Assembly: GCA_003154195.1 (NCBI GenBank)
Contig: PMCS01000030.1
Coordinates: 59,446 to 123,445, forward strand
Length of the DNA stretch: 64,000 nucleotides
Source of the DNA: Candidatus Omnitrophota bacterium
Lineage (GTDB): Bacteria; Omnitrophota; Gorgyraeia; Duberdicusellales; 4484-171
Reading direction: 5' to 3'
Position numbers and translations under genes: made by a program. Below the pieces are notes generated by a model that saw only the letters and a list, made by a program, of their open reading frames with translations, made no database searches and had not been told where the DNA came from. Below, piece after piece: positions 9,562 through 18,955 of the stretch (the first letter of the stretch is position 1; each line of letters begins with the position of its first letter).

Positions 9562-10980
9562 ATGTTTAATCCAAAAAGAATTCATTTTTTATATCTTTTG
9601 GTCGATTTGGTCTTAATTTTTTTAGCCCTCTTTACGCCCTATTTTTTAAGATACAATCAAACGCCGATTAAAGACCTTAATTTTAAAACCTTAGGGTTTC
9701 CCAATGTAAAAGAATATATTTTTGTTTTTATTCTTTGGGCTTTTTTGATTGTGAGCAACTTAAAGAGAAGGGGGCAATACGCCAGCGATCGGTCTCTGAC
9801 TATTCCCCGTGAAACATACATAATCGCCACTTCTTTGCTGTACGTTTCGACCGTAGTGGGAGCGTTAATATTTTTTGCTAATTTTATTTTTTTTTCCCGG
9901 TTAATTTTTATTACCTCTTTCGGTATTATCGTAATTTTGCTTACCGGATGGCGTATCGTAAAAAGATTGATCCTGCGTTCCCTCGTCGCCAAGGGATATC
10001 ATAATTTTAATATTTTAATCGTCGGCGCCAACAACACGACTGCTTTGATTATCGAAGAGATAAACGCCAGGCCGTTTTTAGGCTTTCGGGTAAAGGGAAT
10101 CATCGACGGACACAGCAGCAAACGTGACTTTGGCATACCCCTGTTGGGCGCCATCGATGATTTCGAACGAATTTGCCGGAATCACTTCATCGATGAAGTG
10201 ATGGTTACGGAATCTTCCAACGCTAAGTTGGTTTCCGAAATCGCCGCCCGGGCTAAGAATATGCATATCGGCTTAAGAGTTATTCCTTTTAATTTCGAAG
10301 AAGCGCCCTGCGCCATAACTATCAATTATTTGGGAATGCTGCCGTTGTTGACTTATAAAGAACGGACGATCTCTCCGGCGGAGCTTTTTATCAAGCGATT
10401 CATCGATATAACGGCATCATTCTTTTTGCTTATTATTTGTCTGCCGGTATTTTTATTGATCGCGGTTATTATAAAAATCGATAACCCCGGCCCGATTTTC
10501 TACATTCAAAAGCGTAAGGGGTACAAGGGCAATATTTTTGCTTTTTATAAATTCCGTTCGATGGTCAAGGAAGCCGATAGCCTGAAGGATGCGCTTAAAG
10601 ACAAAAATGAAGTCAGGGACGGCATAATCTTTAAAATCAGAAATGACCCCCGGATAACCCGAATCGGTAAATTTTTAAGAAAGTACAGCCTCGATGAACT
10701 GCCTCAATTGATCAATGTTCTAAAAGGAGATATGAGCCTGGTCGGCCCAAGGCCTTTTCCCGTTGATGAGAGTGAAAAATTTGACTATACTCATATGCCC
10801 CGGCTTAATATCCGGCCGGGGTTGACCGGCCTGGCGCAAATCAGGGGCCGTTCCAATTTATCGTTTTACCGTTGGGTAAAGTGGGATTTGTGGTATGTGA
10901 ATAATTGGTCGCTATGGCTGGATTTTATTATTCTGGTGCGCACCTTACCGGTAGTTTTTAAAGGCAAAGGCGCGTATTGA
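9562..10980 (+). CDS. Undecaprenyl-phosphate sugar phosphotransferase (WcaJ/WbaP-like priming transferase)
   Basis: N-terminal TMs, KFRSM, DPRIT, SLDELPQL.NVLKGDMSLVGPRP, PGLTGLAQ; ATG at 9562. Confidence 0.93.
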   Translation: MFNPKRIHFLYLLVDLVLIFLALFTPYFLRYNQTPIKDLNFKTLGFPNVKEYIFVFILWAFLIVSNLKRRGQYASDRSLTIPRETYIIATSLLYVSTVVGALIFFANFIFFSRLIFITSFGIIVILLTGWRIVKRLILRSLVAKGYHNFNILIVGANNTTALIIEEINARPFLGFRVKGIIDGHSSKRDFGIPLLGAIDDFERICRNHFIDEVMVTESSNAKLVSEIAARAKNMHIGLRVIPFNFEEAPCAITINYLGMLPLLTYKERTISPAELFIKRFIDITASFFLLIICLPVFLLIAVIIKIDNPGPIFYIQKRKGYKGNIFAFYKFRSMVKEADSLKDALKDKNEVRDGIIFKIRNDPRITRIGKFLRKYSLDELPQLINVLKGDMSLVGPRPFPVDESEKFDYTHMPRLNIRPGLTGLAQIRGRSNLSFYRWVKWDLWYVNNWSLWLDFIILVRTLPVVFKGKGAY

Positions 10981-11079
10981 TTTATTTTTTGCTGCGCAAA
11001 AAATAAATATAAGCCGAAAAAATGTCCCCTACCGGACAAACGAGAGGTATTTTTCGGGTTGACAGAGTTAATCATCATT

Positions 11080-12294
11080 ATGGACAAAAAAATAATATTT
11101 TGGCTTGACCGGATAATATTAGTTTTAATCGGCGCGGGAATATTTTTCGCCCCTTTTAAGGTCCATTGGGTAAAAATATTATTAATATCCGGAATGGTCT
11201 GCCTGGTCGTTAAAAAAGCCATAGGATTCAAGTTGGGAGTAAAGCCTTTATTTAAAAGCAATTTTCTTAATAAACCAATGTTGGTGTTTTTATTAAGCGT
11301 ATTCGCCGCGATTGTTTTTTCCGGCGATTTTCACTACAGCCAAAAAATATTTTTCAGCAAAACGTTTTTTTACGCGGGAATATTTTTTTTGATAAAAGAA
11401 ACGATTGATTCCCGGGAAAAAATAAGGATAATCTTCTCGGCGATCATTTTAAGCGCTTTTGCTGTTGGCATCGATTCGGTTATCCAGTTCTTTACCGGCG
11501 TTGATTTATTTAGCTATCTAAAAAGCAATCCCGGAACGGGCGGCTTGATAGCTTTGACCGGCCCTTTCGGCTACCATAATTCTTTTTCGGGGTATTTAGA
11601 AATAGTCTTGCCGTTGATCATTTTTCTTTGTTTTGTGCCTACCGATAAAATATTTCGCGTAATTTCCTTTTTTGTCGCCTTAATGCTTCTATTATGCTGG
11701 ATATATGTTTTTCAACGGACTACGTGGTTGAGCGTTACCCTGAGTATTTTTATGATTTCTTTTTTATTCAAGCGGAAAATAGCTTTATTATTTTTTGGAG
11801 CAGTTCTGATTACGACGGCTTTATTTTTTCCCGCGCCGGCCTGGCAGCGTATCTTTAAAGGAGAAGATTCTAATCGTTTCACGATGTGGAAGTCCGGTAT
11901 CCAATTAGTCGTAAAGAAGCCTGTTTTCGGCAATGGGCTGGGAGCTTATTCTCGTTATAACACGCAAACGAGAGATTTACACGCGCACAATACATATCTT
12001 GAGGTTTTTATCGATACCGGTATCGTGGGTTTATCGGGATTCCTTTATTTACTGGGGTTATTTTTGGTAAAAACATTTTCCGCGTTACGCGCTGTTAAAG
12101 AACGTGAGAAGAAAATAATACTCGCGGGGTTGTCCGCGTCCTGCCTGTCGACTTTTATTTCCGCGTTATTTTGCACGAATATGCTTGTCGGTATCGGCCA
12201 ATCCGCTTTATTCTGGATTATGTTTTCTTTGGCTTCGGTCGCGCCGTCGATAAAATTTGACGAAGTCGCGCCAAACGTGAATCCCAAGGTTTAA
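11080..12294 (+). CDS. O-antigen ligase / Wzy_C family protein
   Basis: Multi-TM; R..MWK..PVFGNGLG..HAHNTYL..GIVG motifs. Confidence 0.85.
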   Translation: MDKKIIFWLDRIILVLIGAGIFFAPFKVHWVKILLISGMVCLVVKKAIGFKLGVKPLFKSNFLNKPMLVFLLSVFAAIVFSGDFHYSQKIFFSKTFFYAGIFFLIKETIDSREKIRIIFSAIILSAFAVGIDSVIQFFTGVDLFSYLKSNPGTGGLIALTGPFGYHNSFSGYLEIVLPLIIFLCFVPTDKIFRVISFFVALMLLLCWIYVFQRTTWLSVTLSIFMISFLFKRKIALLFFGAVLITTALFFPAPAWQRIFKGEDSNRFTMWKSGIQLVVKKPVFGNGLGAYSRYNTQTRDLHAHNTYLEVFIDTGIVGLSGFLYLLGLFLVKTFSALRAVKEREKKIILAGLSASCLSTFISALFCTNMLVGIGQSALFWIMFSLASVAPSIKFDEVAPNVNPKV

Positions 12295-12912
12295 CAAAAT
12301 CCGCCAGAATTTCCCGCTGCTTGCAGCGGGGATGAATGGCGTCTTTTGCCGCGGGAAATTGGAAGATCCAATTTCCCGTTTCGGAAACGAAAGGGAAAGT
12401 CTGCTCGCCAAAAGTTTCCATCTTTTGGCGAAGTCTCGCTTTGTAAGCGGAAAAACCGCAGCATAGGTTTTTCCGCCCAAGGCGGATCCGCCTGAATATT
12501 TATTATTTGTGGCGGGCAAAACAGATAAAAGAAATTCCGGTGGCGCAAAGCGCCACGCAGCCGGCGAAATACCCTGTCCTGTTACCCTAAAAATAATATA
12601 TTATGGTGCAGGACGCCCCGAACCTTAATGAGCGCATTATTTTTTCTGCGCGTATACGCTTGAAAAAATAATAGCGCGAATTACCCCTTTAGGGGTAATA
12701 AAATATCTAGGGAAACGGGGTTGTGGGCTTGCCCCAGGGATAGCCCACGGCTTCGCCGTGAGGCGAGTCGGCTGCAAGGAATTTATTTTATTTTGGTACT
12801 CCGCCGAGTGCAAGCTCGGAGAGCGCAGCGCAAGGCGGTAGTCGAATTAACCCCGCACCGAACTTTGTTCCGGCACGGGGTTAACTGGAAAAATGAGTTT
12901 ACGCATTTTGAA

Positions 12913-12940
12913 TTGACGTTGTTTTGGCGTATGGTATAGT
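12913..12940 (+). promoter_or_regulatory. sigma70-type promoter of the MNT-HEPN gene (near-leaderless transcript)
   Basis: TTGACG-16-TATAGT ending 9 nt before ATG 12950; no SD. Confidence 0.6.
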
Positions 12941-12949
12941 AAACTACAT

Positions 12950-13795
12950 ATGATTATTTCCCAAGAAAAAATTGGACTTTTAAGGAATTATTTTTCTAAA
13001 ATTGACAATGTGTCAATGGCGTTTGTTTTCGGTTCTTATGCCCAGGGCAGGGCAATCTCTGAATCGGATTTAGATATAGCCGTTTATTTTAAGCCGCGAG
13101 ATAAAGACATAGAGTGGGAAGGTAATTTATTTTATGATGTTGAAGATAAAGTCTGGTTGGATATCGAAGGAATCGTAAAAAAAGATGTCGATTTGGTTGT
13201 TTTGAACCGTGCGCCGTCTACCCTTGCTTTTCAGATTTTTAACACCGGTATGCCGATTATAATAAAGGACGAATTAGTATGTTTAAGATTTTTTTCGCGG
13301 GTAAGCGATGAGGCGATAGATTTTACGGAATTAGCCGGTGACTGGTGGAAGATAAAGCAGCGGTCGGCTTCCCTGAGCGAAATAGATAAAAAAAGGCTTA
13401 TCCAGTTAGCCGATTTTCTCGAGAATGAAATAGCCGATAAAAGTCATTTTTCAGGTCTTAGCTGGCAGGTTTATCAAAACGATTCCGACAAAAGGCGCAA
13501 TGTCGAGCGTTGGGTAGAAAATATTGTCAATTGTTCGATAGATATCGCTAAAATAGTTCTCGCCTCGGAAAAAAAGTCTTTTCCCGAGACTTATAAAGAG
13601 ATGCTGAAAGGATTGTCTTTATTGCCGGGATTCGAAGAGCAAGTTGCTTTAACTTTGGCCGGATTTGCCAAGCTGCGCAATATTTTAGCTCACGAATATC
13701 TTGACATTCGTTTCAGCCAAATAGAAAAATTTTTAAAAGAATTTGAACAACCCTACCTTAAACTTTTTCATTTTATTAAAAAAATACTGGCGTGA
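12950..13795 (+). CDS. Fused minimal nucleotidyltransferase (MntA-like) + HEPN/DUF86 RNase (HepT-like)
   Basis: N-terminal FGSYAQGRAISESDLD (GSx10DxD); C-terminal RNILAHEY (Rx4HxY). Confidence 0.88.
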   Translation: MIISQEKIGLLRNYFSKIDNVSMAFVFGSYAQGRAISESDLDIAVYFKPRDKDIEWEGNLFYDVEDKVWLDIEGIVKKDVDLVVLNRAPSTLAFQIFNTGMPIIIKDELVCLRFFSRVSDEAIDFTELAGDWWKIKQRSASLSEIDKKRLIQLADFLENEIADKSHFSGLSWQVYQNDSDKRRNVERWVENIVNCSIDIAKIVLASEKKSFPETYKEMLKGLSLLPGFEEQVALTLAGFAKLRNILAHEYLDIRFSQIEKFLKEFEQPYLKLFHFIKKILA

Positions 13796-13935
13796 TAAAT
13801 TTAACCGCATACTTTCGGGCAATTCTGAAATATAAAAACAATGAAAAATAAAAGGGCTGCATTTTTCTCACAACCGGTAAAATTACTCAATGGAATTTTA
13901 CCGGTTAATGGTTATTTTTTGCGCCACAGAAAATA

Positions 13936-14745
13936 ATGGACGTCAGTATAATCGTAACGACAAAGAATGAAGAGAAGAATATCGGAATCTGCCTCGGTTC
14001 AATAAAGGGGCAGGATTATCCCGCGGAAAGAGTAGAAATTATTGTCGTTGATAATAATTCCCGCGATAAAACCAAAGAAATTGCCGCTCTTTATACGCAA
14101 AAAATTTATAACGCCGGCCCGGAACGCAGCAGCCAGCGTAATTTCGGAATGAAGCAGGCAAGCGGCAAATATATTTTGTATCTTGACGCCGACATGAAGC
14201 TTTCTCCGGGCGTTATCGGCGAATGCGTAGGAAAGTGCGAAAAAGAAAATTATACCGCCCTTTATATTCCCGAGATAATTATTGGCAATAATGGCTGGGT
14301 TAAGGTAAGGAATTTTGAACGCAGTTTCTATAACGCTACCTGTATCGATGCGGTGCGTTTTGTGCGAAAAGATAAGGTTCTTGAGACGGGCGGGTTTGAC
14401 GAGTCGCTTACCGGCCCGGAAGACTGGGATTTTGACCGCCGGATAAAGAAATCAGGCAAAATCGGGATTATCAACAGTCCGCTTTGCCACGATGAGAACG
14501 ATTTTAGCCTGAAAAAATATTTGGATAAGAAGAAATATTATTCTTTAAATTTCCAGCGTTATATTGATAAATGGGGTAATGGCGATATAATTATAAAGAA
14601 ACAATTAGGTTTTTGGTATAGGTATTTTGGCGTATTTATCGAAAATGGTAAATTTTTCAGGCTTGTAGCGCATCCGGTTTTGACATTAAAAATGTATTAT
14701 CTCCGGTTTCTGGTTGGCGTTTATTTTTTGCTACGCAAAAAATAA
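13936..14745 (+). CDS. GT2 glycosyltransferase
   Basis: VSIIV..KNEE, VDNNS.D, LDAD, GGFDE..EDWD. Confidence 0.9.
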   Translation: MDVSIIVTTKNEEKNIGICLGSIKGQDYPAERVEIIVVDNNSRDKTKEIAALYTQKIYNAGPERSSQRNFGMKQASGKYILYLDADMKLSPGVIGECVGKCEKENYTALYIPEIIIGNNGWVKVRNFERSFYNATCIDAVRFVRKDKVLETGGFDESLTGPEDWDFDRRIKKSGKIGIINSPLCHDENDFSLKKYLDKKKYYSLNFQRYIDKWGNGDIIIKKQLGFWYRYFGVFIENGKFFRLVAHPVLTLKMYYLRFLVGVYFLLRKK

Positions 14746-14909
14746 ACGGTGACCGCTGCGCGGATAGAAAAATAGCAAGTTTCACCGCAAATGTTTTTTG
14801 GAGAAGGAATTAGTTTTCAAAGTATATCAATTTCCGATACGCCTACGGCGTATCGGCGGATAAATCTGCCTGCCGGAGCGCAGACAGATTTATGGAGGCA
14901 GGCAGATTT

Positions 14910-15794
14910 ATGAAAGGAATAATTTTAGCCGGCGGAAAAGCCACGCGATTGTATCCGGTAACCAAGGGCGTTTGCAAACAAATGCTCCCCGTTTATGACA
15001 AGCCCCTTATTTATTACCCCTTATCGGTTTTGATGCTTGCCGGGATCAAAGATATTTTGATTATATCATCGCCTAAAGATATCGGGCGATTCCAGGATCT
15101 TTTGGGAGACGGCGGCGGCATCGGCGTAAAATTTTCTTACGCGGTTCAACCGGAGCCGCGCGGAATCGCCGAAAGCTTTATCGTCGGCCGGGATTTTATC
15201 GGTAAAGATAACGTTTCGTTGATTTTAGGCGATAATGTATTTTACGGCCATAATATTACCGAGATTTTAAAACAAGCGGTAAGCGTGCGCGAGGGCGCGG
15301 TTGTTTTCGGTTATTACGTCAAAGACCCCCAGCGGTATGGCGTTATCGATTTTGATGCCGGCCAAAAAGTTCTTTCAATCGAAGAGAAACCGGATGTCCC
15401 TAAAACGTCCTGGGCAGTGACCGGTCTATATTTCTACGATAATAAAGTCATCGATGTCGTAAAGAATTTAAAGCCTTCGCAGCGGGGAGAACTGGAGATA
15501 ACCGATGTCAACAAAGCTTATCTTGCCGCGGGTAAGCTTAAGGTAATATTGCTGGGTAGAGGGTACGCCTGGCTGGATACCGGAACTCATGATTCTTTGA
15601 TTGATGCTTCTGTTTTTATCAAGACAATCGAAGAGCGACAGGGGCTTAAAATAGGTTGTATCGAAGAGGTTGCTTTTCGCATGGGTTATATTGACGCCGT
15701 GCGGTTGGAGAGTTTAGCGGATAACGGTAATACGGGTTACGGCGATTATTTAAAAAGGATTTTGGATGAAAAAAAAGATTCTCATCTTTGGTAA
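14910..15794 (+). CDS. rfbA: Glucose-1-phosphate thymidylyltransferase
   Basis: MKGIILAGGKATRLYP, LGDN, EEKP, RGELEITD, WLDTGT. Confidence 0.97.
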   Translation: MKGIILAGGKATRLYPVTKGVCKQMLPVYDKPLIYYPLSVLMLAGIKDILIISSPKDIGRFQDLLGDGGGIGVKFSYAVQPEPRGIAESFIVGRDFIGKDNVSLILGDNVFYGHNITEILKQAVSVREGAVVFGYYVKDPQRYGVIDFDAGQKVLSIEEKPDVPKTSWAVTGLYFYDNKVIDVVKNLKPSQRGELEITDVNKAYLAAGKLKVILLGRGYAWLDTGTHDSLIDASVFIKTIEERQGLKIGCIEEVAFRMGYIDAVRLESLADNGNTGYGDYLKRILDEKKDSHLW

Positions 15795-16590
15795 TGGTTT
15801 TATCGGTAACCGGCTGCGGGATGAACTTGGCTATGAACTTTCCGGCCGGATGGTCTATAAGCTCGACGATATCCAGGAGGAAATAGATAGGGTTAAGCCG
15901 GGGGTAATAATAAATTGTATCGGCTATACCGGTAAAAATAACGTCGATGATTGCGAGTCCGATAGGGACGGCACGCTTAGCGCCAATACTTTTGTTCCCT
16001 TGATGCTCGCTGAAGCGGCGTTACGCAATAACATCAAGCTGGTCCACATCAGCAGCGGCTGTATTTATCGTTATGATTACAAAAAACAGGCGCCGATAAC
16101 CGAAAAAGATATCCCTGATTTTTTCGGCCTTTTTTATTCCCGTACCAAAATATACGCGGAACGGGCATTGGATGTTTTGTCCGGCCGCTACGGCGGTTTA
16201 ATCGTCCGGATCAGGATACCGCTGGACAACCGGCCTTTGCCTAAAAATATCCTTACTAAATTGATTAATTATAAAACCGTTATCGATATTCCCAACTCTG
16301 TAACCTATATTCCGGATTTCATCGCGGCATTGCGGCATTTGATAAAGATCAACGCCAGGGGAATTTTTAATGTCGTTAACCGCACGCCCTTGCGTTATCC
16401 GCAGCTTTTAGATGTCTATAAAAAATATAATCCCGGATTTGAGTATACGATGATCAAACCGGGTAAGCTTCAATTGGTTCGGACTAATCTTATCCTGTCG
16501 ACAAAAAAGCTCGAACAATCCGGTTTTAAAATGCCGCGGATTGAAGATGTTTTGGAAGAATGCGTGCGTAATTATGTCGGCGTAAAATAA
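15766..16590 (+). CDS. NDP-4-keto-6-deoxyglucose 3,5-epimerase/4-reductase (NRS/ER-like SDR)
   Basis: GNGFIG, GYTGKNNVDDCE, SSGCIY, FYSRTK, RIRIP, DIPNSVT; between rmlA and rmlB. Confidence 0.8.
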   Translation: MKKKILIFGNGFIGNRLRDELGYELSGRMVYKLDDIQEEIDRVKPGVIINCIGYTGKNNVDDCESDRDGTLSANTFVPLMLAEAALRNNIKLVHISSGCIYRYDYKKQAPITEKDIPDFFGLFYSRTKIYAERALDVLSGRYGGLIVRIRIPLDNRPLPKNILTKLINYKTVIDIPNSVTYIPDFIAALRHLIKINARGIFNVVNRTPLRYPQLLDVYKKYNPGFEYTMIKPGKLQLVRTNLILSTKKLEQSGFKMPRIEDVLEECVRNYVGVK

Positions 16591-16595
16591 ATATT

Positions 16596-16654
16596 GTAGG
16601 GGCGGGGTTTTCCCGCCCGTATCAAATAATCGGGCGCGGTAACCGCGCCCCTAC
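16596..16654. repeat. GTAG-type REP doublet in inverted orientation
   Basis: GTAGGGGCGGGGTTTTCCCGCCC ... GGGCGCGGTAACCGCGCCCCTAC. Confidence 0.8.
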
Positions 16655-16669
16655 AATTAACGAGATGGT

Positions 16670-17722
16670 ATGAAATTCAAGAAATTATTAATCACCGGCG
16701 GGGCCGGCTTTATCGGCAGCGAAGTCGCGCGCCAGGCGGTAAAAAAAGGTTATGATGTTGTCGTTGTTGATAAGCTAACTTACGCCGGCGATTTAGCGCG
16801 GCTTAAAGATATCCGCGGCAAATATAAATTTTATAAAGCTGATATCTGCGACAAAAAGGCTATCGACTCGATTTTTAAACAGGAAAAACCCGGCACGGTT
16901 ATGCATTTGGCGGCGGAGAGCCATGTTGACCGCAGTATCGCCGACGCTTCTCCTTTTATCCGGACAAATTTTGAAGGCACGCAGGTTATCCTGGACGCGG
17001 CAAGAAAGCGCGGAACGAAACGCCTTATTCATATGTCCACTGATGAAATTTATGGCGAGATAGAAAAGGGAAAGTTTTCGGAAAAATCGCCGCCGGCGCC
17101 TAATTCGCCTTATTCGGCCAGTAAAGCCGCGGCGGATATGCTGGCCCAGGCTTATTATCGGACCTACGATTTGCCGGTGATAATCGCCCGGCCCTGTAAC
17201 AATTACGGGCCGTGGCAGTATCCGGAAAAACTTGTCCCCGTTGTTATAAAAAAAGCTATTCGTAATGAAAAAGTGCCGATTTACGCCCGGGGTTTAAACA
17301 TGCGCGAGTGGCTATACGTTTCCGACTGTGCCAGGGCATTGTTCTCGATCTTAGAAAAAGGGAAAGTCGGCGAAATCTATAATGTGGGCAGCGGCCAGGA
17401 AAGAAAGAATATCGATACTGCCGGGCTCATCCTTGATGTTTTAGGCAAAAGCCATGGGTTGATAGAATTCGTTAAAGACCGGCCCGGCCACGATTTACGT
17501 TATTCCCTGGATTCGAAAAAGATTAAACAACATACCGGTTGGTCGGCGAAAGTAAAATTTGAAACCGGCATCAAAGAAACCGTGGCGTGGTATACCGGAA
17601 ACAGTCGGTGGTTATTTGACGCAGATAGCGGGGAAAAGTTTAAAAGAAGGGGTATACTAAAACTAATGGGATCTAATTGTTGGCAGGGGAATTCGGCCCA
17701 AATGAGACGAGGTAGATTTTGA
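16670..17722 (+). CDS. rfbB: dTDP-glucose 4,6-dehydratase
   Basis: TGGAGFIG, DKLTYAG, HLAAESHVDRSI, STDE, YSASK, DRPGHDLRY. Confidence 0.96.
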   Translation: MKFKKLLITGGAGFIGSEVARQAVKKGYDVVVVDKLTYAGDLARLKDIRGKYKFYKADICDKKAIDSIFKQEKPGTVMHLAAESHVDRSIADASPFIRTNFEGTQVILDAARKRGTKRLIHMSTDEIYGEIEKGKFSEKSPPAPNSPYSASKAAADMLAQAYYRTYDLPVIIARPCNNYGPWQYPEKLVPVVIKKAIRNEKVPIYARGLNMREWLYVSDCARALFSILEKGKVGEIYNVGSGQERKNIDTAGLILDVLGKSHGLIEFVKDRPGHDLRYSLDSKKIKQHTGWSAKVKFETGIKETVAWYTGNSRWLFDADSGEKFKRRGILKLMGSNCWQGNSAQMRRGRF

Positions 17723-17766
17723 TTTTAGTGGATACTTCGATATGGATAGATTTTAAATAATTTTAT

Positions 17767-17935
17767 TCTTCTTCGCCGAATACCCGTGGCTTGCCACGGG
17801 GATGAAGGCGTAAGAAGAACTGCTGCGAAGCCACGAGCGAAGCGAGGGCGAAGCAGAGTTATGCGCGTATTCGGCTTCGAAGAAATGAAGCTGGATACCC
17901 TGCGGCTTGCCGCAGGGAGAACTTTGGTGCTTCAT
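17767..17935 (+). mobile_element. Miniature palindromic element (IS200/IS605-derived PATE-like), second copy
   Basis: Same ends as 1037-1210, inserted after TTTAT; removal restores a T-rich/A-rich hairpin. Confidence 0.75.
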
Positions 17936-17967
17936 TTTTTGCGCAGCAAAAAAATAAAGGAAAATAT

Positions 17968-18945
17968 ATGAAAAAAGCGCTGATTACCGGGATTACCGGC
18001 CAGGATGGTTCGTATTTAGCGGAGTTTCTCTTAGCAAAAGGTTACGAAGTCCATGGCATAGTGCGTCGTGTTGCTTTTGAGGACCCCGAGCATCGGCTTC
18101 ACCGAATAAAGCATATTGTCGGCCGGTTAAAGCTTCATTCTGCTTCTCTGGAAAGTTACGCCAGCATCTTTAACGTAATCGAGAAGGTTAAGCCGGATGA
18201 ATGCTACCATCTGGCTGCTCAGAGTTTTGTCAGCTATTCTTTTGAAGACGAATTTTCTACGATGGACACGAATATCGACGGTACGATTCATGTTCTTTCG
18301 GCAATCAGGAATAAAGCGCCGAAATGTAAGTTTTATTTTGCCGGCAGTTCCGAGATGTTTGGCAAGGTGGCAGAAAGCCCGCAAAATGAGAATACACCGT
18401 TTCATCCGCGCTCTCCTTATGGGATATCCAAGGTTACCGGTTTTTATATAACCCAGAATTACCGCGAGGCTTACGGTATCTTTGCCTGCAACGGCATCCT
18501 GTTTAATCACGAATCTCCCCGCCGGGGGTTTGAATTCGTCACGCGTAAAATCACCAGCGCCGCGGCGCGAATCAAGCTCGGCCTGGCTAAAGAGTTAAAG
18601 CTGGGCAATCTTAGCGCCAGGCGCGATTGGGGTTTTGCCGCCGATTACGTGGAAGCGATGTGGCTGATGCTGCAGCAGAAGATGCCCGATGATTACGTGA
18701 TTGCGACCGGTGAGATGCATACGGTTAAGGAATTCGCCGAGGCCGCCTTTAAGCACGCGGGTTTAAATTGGAAAGATCACGTGGTCGTTGATAAGACCTT
18801 TTACCGGTCGGCCGAGGTAGTAGAGCTAAAAGGGGATTATTCCAAAGCAAAAAAAGTTTTGGGGTGGAAACCCCGCGTAAAATTTAATGATTTAGTAAAG
18901 ATGATGGTAGAGGCCGACCTTGATTTTTTAAGCCACAAGAGATAA
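17968..18945 (+). CDS. gmd: GDP-mannose 4,6-dehydratase
   Basis: ALITGITGQDGSYLAE, SSEMFG, PRSPYG..K, FNHESPRRG..FVTRKI, RDWG. Confidence 0.96.
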   Translation: MKKALITGITGQDGSYLAEFLLAKGYEVHGIVRRVAFEDPEHRLHRIKHIVGRLKLHSASLESYASIFNVIEKVKPDECYHLAAQSFVSYSFEDEFSTMDTNIDGTIHVLSAIRNKAPKCKFYFAGSSEMFGKVAESPQNENTPFHPRSPYGISKVTGFYITQNYREAYGIFACNGILFNHESPRRGFEFVTRKITSAAARIKLGLAKELKLGNLSARRDWGFAADYVEAMWLMLQQKMPDDYVIATGEMHTVKEFAEAAFKHAGLNWKDHVVVDKTFYRSAEVVELKGDYSKAKKVLGWKPRVKFNDLVKMMVEADLDFLSHKR

Positions 18946-18955
18946 GCGTGTCTTC

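Noticed and set aside
12834-12845. ops/JUMPStart element (GGCGGTAG)
   Set aside because: Lacks the following nnTG and lies in a repeat stack, not a glycan operon leader
12208-12939. Short ORFs in the 12.3-12.9 kb spacer
   Set aside because: Translations of palindromic repeats with no coding hallmarks
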